A DNA stretch of 64,000 nt from Candidatus Melainabacteria bacterium 17Bon1m (GCA_032128875.1 JAVLKG010000001.1:704001-768000), one strand, 5' to 3'. Shown: positions 28,731-39,141, counted from the stretch's first letter. Numbers and translations are program-made. The notes: a model not told the origin generated them from the letters alone.

Positions 28731-28919
28731 AGTGAACTCCAGACGCCGAGCTTACCACTGGGACTTTTTCTTAAAAGTAACGGCTAACTTAGTAATGAGG
28801 ACATAAAAATATAGGCTTGAATAGCTTTCCACGATCTATCTGAGTTCAAGCAATCAATATCAGACACCGGGCTAAAACCGCCAGCTGCACCGAAATTTCT
28901 TGATTGCGTTTTCTTTCGA

Positions 28920-29855
28920 TTAGCCCGCTTTATCGCGACGGGCCTGCTCGTAAGCGATGATCAGATAAACAAAGCTGGAGAAGTTTGATACCTCAACCAA
29001 TCTCCAATGCTCGTCTTGTTTTTCCATACGCAACTCTAACAGCATGTTGGTGTCATAGCGCTTATTGAATAGCGTGACGCCAATTGTGGCGTCGTTTTTG
29101 CGCACTCGAATGAAAGCGATTTTCTTGAAAGCCTGTTTGCCGAACCCAAGCTTGCTGCTCACATTTTTCATTGAGAGATCGCCCAAACCAAAGCCGCCTA
29201 TTCGGGACTGTTTATCTTCGCGCTCTGGCTTATTGCCTTCTTGCGTTGTGTCGGCTGTGTCGTCTGCGTCAATTGAATTAGCTGTTTCTAGACCTGGCTT
29301 GGTTGGCTGAGTTTCGTTGTTGTCTGTAAGCGCAAGCGGTGGGAGTGAGGTTTTTTGAGGCGTTTCACCTGCAGTGTGGGTAGCCGGTGGCATAGAACTT
29401 GCAGGCACTTCTGTTACCACCAGTTTTCCCTCTGGGGTTTTCGTTACTTTCAAAACGCGTCCAATCGCGGGCGCAGTTGCGTTTTCCGAACGTCTTCTCG
29501 GGCGTGTAATTCGCTTGGCCGCTTGGTTTAAGGACAACTGATTGCTCTCAACAAAGTGCGACACTTCGTTTTTTATGATGTCCATAAGGGTCGGCTTAAC
29601 CAGGCTGATCAAGCTTGAGCCCAGCAAATCTCCGAGCACCCCTTTGCTTAATCTGGAACGCACCTGAGGGGTGAGGAATCCATCGATCATATGCGAGGAA
29701 ACCCGTTCTACATCGACATATTGCTCGAAGGTTTTTAAGTCGTGGTGGACGATGGATTCTTTGATTTCGAGGATGGAATAGAACGGCGTGGTTGTCCAAT
29801 ACCAATAACCGAAATTAATGGCCACCAAAAGAAAAACGATGGCAATTTTCCACAT
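28920..29855 (-). CDS. DUF2939-like membrane-anchored protein with low-complexity insert
   Basis: YWYWTTTPFYSI..HDLKTFEQYVDVERV and C-terminal WRLVEVSN. Confidence 0.65.
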   Translation of the reverse strand: MWKIAIVFLLVAINFGYWYWTTTPFYSILEIKESIVHHDLKTFEQYVDVERVSSHMIDGFLTPQVRSRLSKGVLGDLLGSSLISLVKPTLMDIIKNEVSHFVESNQLSLNQAAKRITRPRRRSENATAPAIGRVLKVTKTPEGKLVVTEVPASSMPPATHTAGETPQKTSLPPLALTDNNETQPTKPGLETANSIDADDTADTTQEGNKPEREDKQSRIGGFGLGDLSMKNVSSKLGFGKQAFKKIAFIRVRKNDATIGVTLFNKRYDTNMLLELRMEKQDEHWRLVEVSNFSSFVYLIIAYEQARRDKAG

Positions 29856-29903
29856 TGTTCAAAACAGTCGTCAGACGCGGTCACCGGCGGTCCGGCTACC
29901 ATA

Positions 29904-31157
29904 TCATACCCACGACCACTGCATGCGCGTCGGAGCGCTCAGTCCCAGACCGGTGATCGCCTGGTCGAGCGTCTGCTCTTTCTGCTTGCACGAACTGAGT
30001 ATCTTCACCGCCTGATCTTTTGAAACAACGCCGTATTTGACTAGTGACTGGCAGCGCAAAGCTCGATGCAACATGCTCTTTGTGATGAGCCCCGCATCGA
30101 GAAGCATTTTGCCGATCTTGACGTTGTTGGTAACGGCTTGGGATACCGTGCCTTCGACTGAATCACGCGATAGAACACATGCTTCGATGAGCAGTTCGCC
30201 AAGCCGCATATCTTCATTTGCGCGTGTTCTTTGCATAACTTTGTTGATGGCGTTTTCAGTGAGCATATTTTCTTTTGCAATCAGGCGCATGGCTTCTGCT
30301 GCCTGATACGCCTTTATCTCTCCGCCTGCCACTGAGCCCTGAAGCATCATGGCTGCTTCCAGCAATTCGTCTGTAGCCAGCCCCTGTTCGCGAAGAACTT
30401 GACCGAAAGTTTTGCTCTTGAACAGCTCGATTTCCATGCACTCAGCAAGTTCGCTTTCCGATATCAAACCGGACATGCGCATGAGCTCTGAGAGTTTCAG
30501 CGAACCAACCGCTGGGGTTTTGAAGCTTCCCATCTCAAACAATGCTTGCTCCAGGCAAATGTTTTTTTGTTGCGCAAGTTTGATAGCATCGACAGCTTCG
30601 GCTTTTGTTATTGCCTTTTCTCGCAATAGAAGAACAGCCTGTAATGCCGAATTGAACAGAGAGCTGGAGATATCACCAGTGATAACCAACACTCGGCCAA
30701 TCAAAATCTTGGTTTGCAGAGACTTTTGCATTGCGCGTCCGAGCTGGTCTTGCGAGATAACACCTGCCTGAATGAGAATTTCGGTCAGGTCGTTGTTCAT
30801 CGATGGCGTCACCATCGTCTTTTGGTGAACAGCCACGAGCTTTTTCAGTGCTGCATGAAAATCGATGTCGTCGTGTGCAGCCAAACGAATCGCATTAATC
30901 GCTGTGTCCAGGCGAATCGTGTTGTTCTCCACCATTTGTTTTGCCGCAAGCAAGGGACGCATGCTCTCCTCGCTGAAACTGCCCGACTGCATGAGCGCTC
31001 TTTCTAACGGCAGATTCAATCGTTGGGAGATCGCAATTGCGTTCTCCAGGGTTTGAGCATCTACTACGTTGGCGCTGCGTACTAATTCCAGCAAAATTTC
31101 TGGTTTCGATGCACCAAACATTCTTAAGGCCTCCGATAAATCCTTAATTTCTCGCAC
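29904..31157 (-). CDS. Stand-alone protein of tandem MshEN (T2SSE_N)-like repeats
   Basis: RLGELLIEACVL, KIGKMLLDAGLI, IGRVLVITGDIS, FGQVLREQGL and LTEILIQAGVISQDQL. Confidence 0.7.
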   Translation of the reverse strand: MREIKDLSEALRMFGASKPEILLELVRSANVVDAQTLENAIAISQRLNLPLERALMQSGSFSEESMRPLLAAKQMVENNTIRLDTAINAIRLAAHDDIDFHAALKKLVAVHQKTMVTPSMNNDLTEILIQAGVISQDQLGRAMQKSLQTKILIGRVLVITGDISSSLFNSALQAVLLLREKAITKAEAVDAIKLAQQKNICLEQALFEMGSFKTPAVGSLKLSELMRMSGLISESELAECMEIELFKSKTFGQVLREQGLATDELLEAAMMLQGSVAGGEIKAYQAAEAMRLIAKENMLTENAINKVMQRTRANEDMRLGELLIEACVLSRDSVEGTVSQAVTNNVKIGKMLLDAGLITKSMLHRALRCQSLVKYGVVSKDQAVKILSSCKQKEQTLDQAITGLGLSAPTRMQWSWV

Positions 31158-31688
31158 TTATTGTCTGACGCCTCGAATGGGAAGACTTCGCGACTCCCAT
31201 CCTTTCAGACCAATTTGCTCTACCGCAAGGCAGAGGCGGAAAAATCACTGCACGATATAACTGCCTCCATCAAAGATTGACACTCTAAAAATAGTTCTGC
31301 CTACTTTTAGCACCCAAATATCAGGAATACTTCCCTCTAAAGAGTGTGTGCAAATAGACGCAAACACGCGAAGTGGTTAGCAACCTCGAAAGGGTTGGAG
31401 GGGACATTAACTATTTCTAGTGTAGCATGGGCTGTGTTGGAACAGAAGCTCTAAGAAGCTCAACTGCACGTGAAATTTCATAGTCAGAGTGGCAATTTTA
31501 GTTGAACTATTTATTCGAATTCGACTGGCCACTTTTAATGGGAATTTGGATCTTAGAAAGTTGTCGTTTTGAGTTTTTCTGGTTTTGAAAATGGTGTTTG
31601 AATTCCGGGACGCCAAATTTGCACGAATGTGGTGCCGGCAAGAAGGTACAAGCACCACATTTAATACCTTGGAATTGACTATGTTTTT

Positions 31689-32729
31689 CTACGAGTTTCC
31701 ACCAACTGTTTTCATGAAACTGCCGAGTGCCGCGGTATATTCCTTCAGGTCCAGGTTGAGAACATCGTTGTGTCCTGAATTTTTCAACCGGACGTATTTC
31801 TTCGGGCATGAAGCTGCCGCAAACATTTGGTCGGCGTACTTGATCGGAAGAACGTAGTCTTTCTCCCCATGAATGAGCAGCAGCGGCGCTTTGCTGTGTG
31901 CGAGGAAGTCGCAGTTGTTTAACTGAGGCTGCGGGAAAGTGAAGTCAGGAAAGAGATGCAACCAAATAAAACGGTCGCGAGCGGCAATCGGCAACGATGA
32001 GAAGCCTGACTGCAGTACAATTCCCGCCACTTCTCGCTGTTTTGCAATCTGGCAGGTAACAGCGCAGCCCAGCGATTCGCCGTAAGCCAATATCTGTTTT
32101 GGACTCCAACCTTTTACGTTATGCAGAAAGTCATAGGCAGCGACGCCGTCTTCAACGATGCCTCCAACAGACGGGTCTCCCTCGCTTTTACCGTAACCCT
32201 GATAGTCATAGACGAGCACTGATGCCCCGAGGTTGAGCATATGCACGATATTCGGCAAGCGGTGAGCGTTGTTACCTGCGTTGCCGTGGCTCAGAAGAAA
32301 TACCTGCTTGGCGCCTTGCCGCGCGAAGTAGAGCCCGTTCAACAGCTTGCCGTTCGCGGTTTTAAATTTAACTTCTTCTACTTTTGTTTTGAGCTTTTCC
32401 TCAATGAATTGAAGCGGCTGCGCTATGTCATACGCAGTTTGGTCTGGAAAGAAGAGCAGAATGCGAGTGAGTTGAAACAGGCAGATAGGCGAAAGCAGGA
32501 AGAAGAGAATGGTCAATTTCACTGCTTCTATAGTGGCGCGCCTTTTAAATGATGGCTTCTCACTTTCTTTGAGCTTCCAGCGATCGAGGTTGACGTACAG
32601 CTTTGGCGCGTTTTCACTCTTAGTCAGAGCGCCCTCAGCCTCTGAGGATTTGTCTACCGTTTCATTTGAGCTGCTTGCTGATTGTGTCGTGGTTTCGGTT
32701 TCTGGCATTGGGCTCGTGTTTGAATTCAC
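31689..32729 (-). CDS. Alpha/beta hydrolase (ABHD17/Bem46-like)
   Basis: HGNAGN, YDYQGYGKSEG, GESLG nucleophile, HGEKD and GHND. Confidence 0.9.
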   Translation of the reverse strand: MNSNTSPMPETETTTQSASSSNETVDKSSEAEGALTKSENAPKLYVNLDRWKLKESEKPSFKRRATIEAVKLTILFFLLSPICLFQLTRILLFFPDQTAYDIAQPLQFIEEKLKTKVEEVKFKTANGKLLNGLYFARQGAKQVFLLSHGNAGNNAHRLPNIVHMLNLGASVLVYDYQGYGKSEGDPSVGGIVEDGVAAYDFLHNVKGWSPKQILAYGESLGCAVTCQIAKQREVAGIVLQSGFSSLPIAARDRFIWLHLFPDFTFPQPQLNNCDFLAHSKAPLLLIHGEKDYVLPIKYADQMFAAASCPKKYVRLKNSGHNDVLNLDLKEYTAALGSFMKTVGGNS

Positions 32730-32942
32730 GTTCTAATCTCCGGACGGCACGGGGGAGCGCAGCTGCATGTCAATAGCCTACAAGCAGCGAAGAGCGGCAG
32801 TCGGAAAAGACGCTCAGTTAATATAGTGTTGCCTGCTTATGAGATTTTTGTGGAAAAACGGCAGTTATCGGCGAAATTGTTGATTTTCGGGCTGAGTATG
32901 GGAATTGATAGGGTGAGGCGTGAACGCTTCTGACCGTTTAGG

Positions 32943-34295
32943 ATGGAAACTCAGGATTCAAGTCGGGATTCACTTATGGATCAGGTCGAAGAAAGCGTAG
33001 AAAGCTCGAACGTAGGTTGGGAAACCTTTTGGGAAGCAGGCAGCAGGGCCTTCCAGCTTGGTCGCTATGCCGACGCTGAGAAGCTGTTTCAGAAGTCACT
33101 TGCCGATGTGAAATCGCCTGATGCGGTTGATTCCAGGCGTAGTCCAGCCGAGGAAGATACGCTGTCCAATGCCACCACCGCAGAGCGCGTTGTTGCACAG
33201 GCGAAGATTTTGAGCAGCTTGGGCGAGCTTTATTTGGTCCAGGGCTGGCACGTTGAGGCGGAGAAGGCATACAAGAAAGCGATGTCCTTGAAAGAAAAAA
33301 TCTCCGGACCTGACAGTCTTTCGGTAGCGGAGATTTTGAACAAACTGGGAGTCATCTACCGCGCGCAGGGAAAATTTCAGGAAGTTGAGCCTGTTTTACG
33401 GCGCGCTTTGACTCTCTATGAAAAGGATACTTCTGCCAACAAGCTGGATTTGGCGACGGCGCTGGAGACGCTTGCTGATTTTTATCGCGCGCACGGGAAG
33501 TACGACATGGCGGAGCCACTATTTCAAAAGGGGCTTGCTATGCGGGAATCGGTGCTTGGTGCAGACCACCAGTCGATTGGTCCGGCATTGCAAAATCTTG
33601 CTTTGCTCAATCATGCGTCCGGCAAATACGATCTGGCAATGCCGCTTTATGAGCGCGCCTTGAAGATATCGGAAGCGACTTGGGGGGCTGAACATCCATC
33701 TTGTGCGACGATTTTGAATCAGCAAGGTGAGCTGTATCGCATGAAAGGTGATTTCCCCAGCGCGGAAAAAACTTTCTGGCGCGCGCTGCGTATCAGGCAG
33801 ACAGCGCTCGGGGTGGAACATCCAAGCACGGCGCAGAGTCTCGCCAGTCTCGCGCTGCTTTTCCATTTGCAATGCAAATACGATCAAGCAGAGCCTTTGT
33901 ACAAGACGCTGGTTGATTTGCGCACCAAAGATTGGGGACCGAAACATCCTCACGTTGCTGAGATGCTCAACAATCTTGCCGAGGTATATCAGGATCAAGG
34001 TAAATACAGCGAGGCGGAGCCTTTGTATTGGCGGGCTTTGTCGATTACGCAAGAAGCTCAAGGACCTGAGCATCCTAGCGTTGCGAAGGCGCTGCGAAAT
34101 CTGGCTGAGCTTTATGAAGAACAAGAAAATTACGACGAAGCAGATCGACTATTTCGCTGGGGGCTTGGCGTCGGAGAGAAAGCTCTGGGCAGCGAACATC
34201 CGGAAGTGACGGAGCTTATGGCTCGCTACGCATCTCTTCAAAAGCGTATGTCTGAGAATGACGAAGACACGCCATCGACAAATTGGCAGGATTAG
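32943..34295 (+). CDS. Tetratricopeptide repeat protein (42-aa kinesin-light-chain-type repeats)
   Basis: Repeated LNNLA..Y..QGKY.EAEPLY.RAL.I.E..LGPEHP. Confidence 0.92.
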   Translation: METQDSSRDSLMDQVEESVESSNVGWETFWEAGSRAFQLGRYADAEKLFQKSLADVKSPDAVDSRRSPAEEDTLSNATTAERVVAQAKILSSLGELYLVQGWHVEAEKAYKKAMSLKEKISGPDSLSVAEILNKLGVIYRAQGKFQEVEPVLRRALTLYEKDTSANKLDLATALETLADFYRAHGKYDMAEPLFQKGLAMRESVLGADHQSIGPALQNLALLNHASGKYDLAMPLYERALKISEATWGAEHPSCATILNQQGELYRMKGDFPSAEKTFWRALRIRQTALGVEHPSTAQSLASLALLFHLQCKYDQAEPLYKTLVDLRTKDWGPKHPHVAEMLNNLAEVYQDQGKYSEAEPLYWRALSITQEAQGPEHPSVAKALRNLAELYEEQENYDEADRLFRWGLGVGEKALGSEHPEVTELMARYASLQKRMSENDEDTPSTNWQD

Positions 34296-34345
34296 GCGCT
34301 GCCTCCTTTGAAGTGTCCTGTGTTGGCAAAGAAGAGGCATTGTCC

Positions 34346-34396
34346 GTAGGGGCGATGCCATGCATCGCCCGGTCGACGCATGGCGTCGACCCTACA
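34346..34396. repeat. GTAG-family REP doublet (REPIN-like)
   Basis: GTAG-gggcgatgc-cat-gcatcgccc immediately followed by inverted ggtcgacgc-atg-gcgtcgacc-CTAC. Confidence 0.8.
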
Positions 34397-34444
34397 ACCT
34401 TTTTATTTGCGCAGGATAGTGCCTCTTCTGACCTTACTTAGAAA

Positions 34445-35872
34445 CTAAGCAACAGGCACAGTAGTTTTCTCTTTGACGAGCTTTTTCTTCACGCCTTCGC
34501 CGGCAAGAAGCCCCGACGACGCGGCTTGCCCTACACCGCGAGTCCAGCTCGATGAGTCACCGATGATAAAGAGGTTCGGAATATTTGTCTCCATGTTTTT
34601 GGAAACAGTGATGGAATCGGGATAGCTCTTGCACTCAGGTGCAAACAACAGTGTTGAATCGTCGGCGACACCAGGACAAATTTTGTTGAGAGCATCGAGG
34701 TATTCGACAATGCCTTCCAAAATTCTGTGTGGGTAAGCCAGCGACACGTCACCGCATTCGGCTTCCAGAGTCGGTTTTACAAGATTATTCGTAAGCGACT
34801 TTGTGCGTCGTCCGGCACGTAGATCGCCCAGTCGTTGCACGAGTGGTCCGCCGCCTGCGAGCATGTTAACTACTTTGGCAATGGTCTGCGAGTAGAGCTG
34901 CGGGTCTTTGAATGGACGCGTGAATGTCTTCGAGACAAGAACAGCAAAGTTGTTGTTCTCGCTTTTCTCATACATCTTCGAGTGCCCATTCACAAGCACG
35001 TAATCGCGGTGGTTTTCCGGCGTGACGAAGCCCTTCGGATTGGAGCAAAAATTGCGAACCACGTCATTTGAATGTCTGCTTCTGTAATAAAGCTTAGGTT
35101 CGTAGAATCGCCTGTCTACTTCTTCTGTGAAGAAACAACTGGTCTCCACACGAATGCCGACATCAACTTGACCCGGATAAATATCCAGCGATTTGTAGAA
35201 CTCTTGCTGCGTCAGCCAGTGCGCGCCGCCTCGTCCGACAGACAAAACGCACATGTCGAAGAGCATTTCTTGCTCATTGCCTTGTTTTCTATAACCGTCG
35301 TATTGGACGAGGAACTGCTCGCCACGGCGAGAAACAGACTGTACCTTCATGTCCCAGTGGAAGGTGATGTTTGAGCCTTTCGCTTTGATTTCTTCCAGAA
35401 TGCTTGTGTTGATTGCCGGCGCATTATCAGAGCCGCAGTGCAGTAATTCTTGATAGTGGTAGGTCATGCCGGCCAGCGTTGCTTTTTTCTTGATCCACTC
35501 GAGATCTTCTTCATTCGGCTTTACGACCGGTATTTCGCAAGGAGCATGCTTCAAAATCGTCTCGCGAACGACGTTCAATTTCTTCTGCAATTCGTCGCCG
35601 CCAACCAGGTCATAGAGCCTTCCTCCAATGACTGGAGAGGCGGAAAGAATTACTTTGAAGTCATTCCAGCTTCCGGCCGACTGCCCGGGAGCGCAATAAC
35701 TGCAGGCTTTCGGAGGGCAAACGGTGAGCACGCCCTGGTCGATTGGGCAGGCATATCGCTTGTCATAAACAGGACCTACGTCGAAAACGTGTACTTCTAC
35801 ATCTGCGCCGGCTAGCTCCTTGAGAGCGAACAAACCGGAGGCACCTAATCCCACTAGTGCAAGCTTTTGCAT
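34445..35872 (-). CDS. FAD-dependent oxidoreductase (COG2509-like)
   Basis: GLGASG Rossmann motif, N-terminal Cys cluster (CP..CPPKAC.YC), VGRGG, VDVGIRVE, RNFCSNP and IGDSS. Confidence 0.8.
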   Translation of the reverse strand: MQKLALVGLGASGLFALKELAGADVEVHVFDVGPVYDKRYACPIDQGVLTVCPPKACSYCAPGQSAGSWNDFKVILSASPVIGGRLYDLVGGDELQKKLNVVRETILKHAPCEIPVVKPNEEDLEWIKKKATLAGMTYHYQELLHCGSDNAPAINTSILEEIKAKGSNITFHWDMKVQSVSRRGEQFLVQYDGYRKQGNEQEMLFDMCVLSVGRGGAHWLTQQEFYKSLDIYPGQVDVGIRVETSCFFTEEVDRRFYEPKLYYRSRHSNDVVRNFCSNPKGFVTPENHRDYVLVNGHSKMYEKSENNNFAVLVSKTFTRPFKDPQLYSQTIAKVVNMLAGGGPLVQRLGDLRAGRRTKSLTNNLVKPTLEAECGDVSLAYPHRILEGIVEYLDALNKICPGVADDSTLLFAPECKSYPDSITVSKNMETNIPNLFIIGDSSSWTRGVGQAASSGLLAGEGVKKKLVKEKTTVPVA

Positions 35873-36041
35873 TTTTGTTGTGCTGTAACCCCTGAAATCC
35901 CCAAAGCGCCAGCGGTTTCACCCGTAATCGGGTAGTTATGCCGCCTGCCTGGCCAACATTTGATTCTACCACCGGAATCACCGGCTGGTACGGAATTCTT
36001 GACTACCTTAACACGAAATCAACTAAGGGCATTGGCCGCCC

Positions 36042-37283
36042 CTACTCGACGAACTTCTTCATCCGCTCGTGTTCCATCGTTTCGAGCATTCCATTCATTT
36101 GAGTGGACAATTCATCAGTGATCTTTTGCAAAGCCACTTTCTTGTTCGTCTTGTACTCGTGCTGATAGCTGCGCAAATCAATTGGGTTGCCGACATCAAT
36201 CATGATGCAGCGCGGCCCCTTGATAGATGTTTCTCCCAGCACTTCATGCTCGATGCGCTCCAGCACATCGGCAAAGCGCTCTTGCGTCATGTGCGATTTG
36301 ATATACCCGTCATATATAGAAACGAAGTTAACGACTCGATCAAGGTCTTTGTAGAAGCCCTTAATTTCTGTGGCTTTTTCTGCATGCAGCTCTTTTTCGT
36401 ACTCAGAAAGCCCGTCTTCTGATTCATAGACGAAGTCGTCGATTCTGTTGCGCAATAAGCGAACCGCATCCAGAGTACGATCGCTCCTCGGCAACTCGAT
36501 GTTCAAATAGCTGGACATGTGCGTGAGGATTGCCATTCTCAACGCCGTAATTCGATCGTTGAGAGTGGCGTCTTTGGACGGTTCTTGGTTGTATTCCGCT
36601 TCTAATGCCTTGATCAGCCTTTCTGCCACCGCCATCAGGCGTGGATAAAGCTTGGTCCCTGACGGTCTGGGCACGCCCATCTTCGCTTCCAATTTTGCCA
36701 ACGTATCGGCCAGGGCTGGCTTGATATCGCCGGTGTACGTGTATTTCAGAGCGATTGGGACGATGTAGATATGCTCGGCTACACCCTGCTTGTCGAGTTC
36801 GTCCATTGCCCAAAATGAAAGCTGCGCCGCGCCTGTTTCCAGCGGCAAGAGCGTGTCATTTTGTCTGGAGATTTCGCCTTCAGGGAAAAGCACAAGTTTT
36901 TGCTTTCCTTCCGAGAGAATCTTTTTGGTCATCTTGAATGACTCACGGTCGGGCGCGCCGCGCACTACCGAGTAAGCGCCAATGTGCTGCAACCACCATC
37001 CATTGAAGCCGTGGTCCCAGTCGAAGACTTCCCTGGCCGCGACGTAATTGAACGATTCCTTTGCCGCCTGTCCGAAAAAGAACATCGCTTGCGGATCGTG
37101 TCTGTTGGAATGGTTAGGGCATACCAGGGCACGCTTGCCTTTTAACTGGGCAAAACGCTGGAGAGCGCCGTCCTTTACTTTGATCTGCGTGTCGCTCATG
37201 CCGAACTTTTTATAGAGCGGCGCGCACAACTTAATGAAGCCGATCAGTAGAGGCGATTCTTTTGGGGGGCGAAAGTCAAGCAC
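36042..37283 (-). CDS. Acyltransferase, PlsC family (long cyanobacterial type)
   Basis: NHSNRHD (HX4D), GAYSVVRG, FPEGE and IVPIALKY. Confidence 0.85.
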   Translation of the reverse strand: MLDFRPPKESPLLIGFIKLCAPLYKKFGMSDTQIKVKDGALQRFAQLKGKRALVCPNHSNRHDPQAMFFFGQAAKESFNYVAAREVFDWDHGFNGWWLQHIGAYSVVRGAPDRESFKMTKKILSEGKQKLVLFPEGEISRQNDTLLPLETGAAQLSFWAMDELDKQGVAEHIYIVPIALKYTYTGDIKPALADTLAKLEAKMGVPRPSGTKLYPRLMAVAERLIKALEAEYNQEPSKDATLNDRITALRMAILTHMSSYLNIELPRSDRTLDAVRLLRNRIDDFVYESEDGLSEYEKELHAEKATEIKGFYKDLDRVVNFVSIYDGYIKSHMTQERFADVLERIEHEVLGETSIKGPRCIMIDVGNPIDLRSYQHEYKTNKKVALQKITDELSTQMNGMLETMEHERMKKFVE

Positions 37284-37397
37284 TGGTCTGTAAAACCGCG
37301 AGTTATTTGCGACTGAAACTCTCTTGCAAGTCCCAGTATAACAATGAATTTCAGACCGGCCTTCTTTGCTTCAGGCAAGCTCTAAAACGCTAACAGG

Positions 37398-38162
37398 TTA
37401 GGCAATAGCGCTAAACCGGAAGTTCCGCTTCTTGAGCTTGTGGATAAGCGTTCGGGCAGCCGCGATGGTTTGGTTGCCCGTTGGTTCTAACTCGTGCAAA
37501 ATCATAATTCCACCGGGAGCCGCATATTTAGACAGTCTGCTTACAACCGATCGCTCGCCTATTTTGCGCCAGTCTTCTGAAAACGCGCTCCAGTAAACGG
37601 TTTTCATCCCCTGCTCTTTTAGCAATGCATGCGCTTTTGTGTCGACGATGCCAAATGGTGGGCGAAACAATTTTGGCGATTCGCCGGTGATGTCCTTGAT
37701 TCTCTGGTTTGTTGAAAGTATCTCTTTCTCGAGTTTTTTTGTAGAGAGCAAAGGCAAAAATTGATGGCTGTACGTATGATTGCCGATGGAGTGTCCATGT
37801 TTGCTTACTTCTAAAAGTAAATCTTCGTGCATCTCGACTTGTTCGCCAATGACAAAGAAAGTCGCCTTTACGCCTTCTTCTTCGAATAGTTCTAGCAGGC
37901 GAGGCGTAGTAGCAGGGTTTGGCCCATCATCAAAGGTCAGGTGTATCTCTGCATTGCCACCAGATACGATGGCGGATTGCCCTTCGTCGTATTCCTCAGG
38001 CTGCTGTCCTTTCCAAAGTCCTTCCGGCAAAAGCAGCTTGGCGAGCCCTGTCAGGCCTTCCATGTGCAGGCGCGCAAAATTGTCCGATACCATGTCGGAT
38101 AACGTTAGCTTCGATTTTTTGCGAAGCTCGCTCGTGTTTTGCTGTGATGGTGAATTAGACAT
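37398..38162 (-). CDS. Polysaccharide deacetylase (CE4)
   Basis: LTFDDGP, ATFFVIG, NHTYSH, FRPPFG, DW and ILHE. Confidence 0.92.
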   Translation of the reverse strand: MSNSPSQQNTSELRKKSKLTLSDMVSDNFARLHMEGLTGLAKLLLPEGLWKGQQPEEYDEGQSAIVSGGNAEIHLTFDDGPNPATTPRLLELFEEEGVKATFFVIGEQVEMHEDLLLEVSKHGHSIGNHTYSHQFLPLLSTKKLEKEILSTNQRIKDITGESPKLFRPPFGIVDTKAHALLKEQGMKTVYWSAFSEDWRKIGERSVVSRLSKYAAPGGIMILHELEPTGNQTIAAARTLIHKLKKRNFRFSAIA

Positions 38163-38976
38163 TGGCTGGTTCGCCCGACTTGGCCGTGTTTTGAATAAGC
38201 AGATGGATAGCGCGTCTTGCTTTGTCTCCTACTTCTTGTGAGCGTCTTTGCGCAATTGATTCGATGGCGCTGGCAAAAGCGTAGAATCGCTCGATTGGCA
38301 AATGCGTGGCTTTTGGATGAGGTAAAAGACTGCGCAGATATCCGCGCAGATTGTTACTCTCCTTGTCGCTAAGCGGCTGAATGAGCGACAAAAGCGGGCC
38401 CAAGGAGCGCAAAGAAATTAGCGGTGTCGAATAGGTAATCACATTTTTCGAGAGAGCCCGATGGATAAGAACGCATTGAGGCAGTGGTGCTTGTTTGTCA
38501 CTCGACCCTTCCGGGATCTTAACCATTTGGTCTGCCCACAGTCCAAAGTCATGCAACAGATCGAAAAGTGAACCGGCTTTCTTGCTCTCCTGACCAACCA
38601 CCGGGAGCAAGCCGTAAATAAGTGGTCTGGCATCGCACTTGTCAACGTCTTTCGATACGTTTAGCATCGCGCCTGATAAGGACGAAGCCTTGACCAGTAG
38701 TGCCGATTCGTTGATCTCTCCAATTCTGCCTGGGGCGAACTCGACTTCCTTAATCGAGTATTCCTGGCAGAGCAAAACGTCGAGCACTGCGTCTCCAACA
38801 ATGGCGCCGAATTCGGCTGAAGTTACGTTGCCGGTGACAAAGTAAATCATCACCTTCGGGATGTTTCTGCCAAGCGAGACGTGCAAAATCCCGGTCACCT
38901 TTTCCAGGCTCAAAAACTGCATCACATTGAAGATGGTGCCTTCGCGAACGGATGTGATGTGAAAGTTGATGCCCAC
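38155..38976 (-). CDS. DUF4388 (PATAN-like) domain protein
   Basis: IFNVMQFLSLEKVTGILHV..IYFVTGNVTSA..GDAVL; 8-bp overlap with the deacetylase gene. Confidence 0.7.
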   Translation of the reverse strand: MGINFHITSVREGTIFNVMQFLSLEKVTGILHVSLGRNIPKVMIYFVTGNVTSAEFGAIVGDAVLDVLLCQEYSIKEVEFAPGRIGEINESALLVKASSLSGAMLNVSKDVDKCDARPLIYGLLPVVGQESKKAGSLFDLLHDFGLWADQMVKIPEGSSDKQAPLPQCVLIHRALSKNVITYSTPLISLRSLGPLLSLIQPLSDKESNNLRGYLRSLLPHPKATHLPIERFYAFASAIESIAQRRSQEVGDKARRAIHLLIQNTAKSGEPANV

Positions 38977-39141
38977 GGATTTGAAATAACCTGGAGGTAG
39001 TAGCCGATTCGTACTTTGAACCGGAACGAAGTCGGAAGCGCTAGGACGTGCTTCTTAAATTATATGCTTCCCGAAATCTAATTGGCAGCAACGCTATAAC
39101 CGTCGCTCGCTTGAATTTTGCGCACCCAACTAGGGGATGCT

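Noticed and set aside
31350..31410. c-di-GMP-I-like GAAA hairpin and gacgcaaa on the + strand
   Set aside because: Wrong element order and wrong strand relative to the adjacent gene
31407..31857. Short ORFs in the AT-rich gap
   Set aside because: Non-ATG starts, no RBS, atypical composition; some overlap the hydrolase
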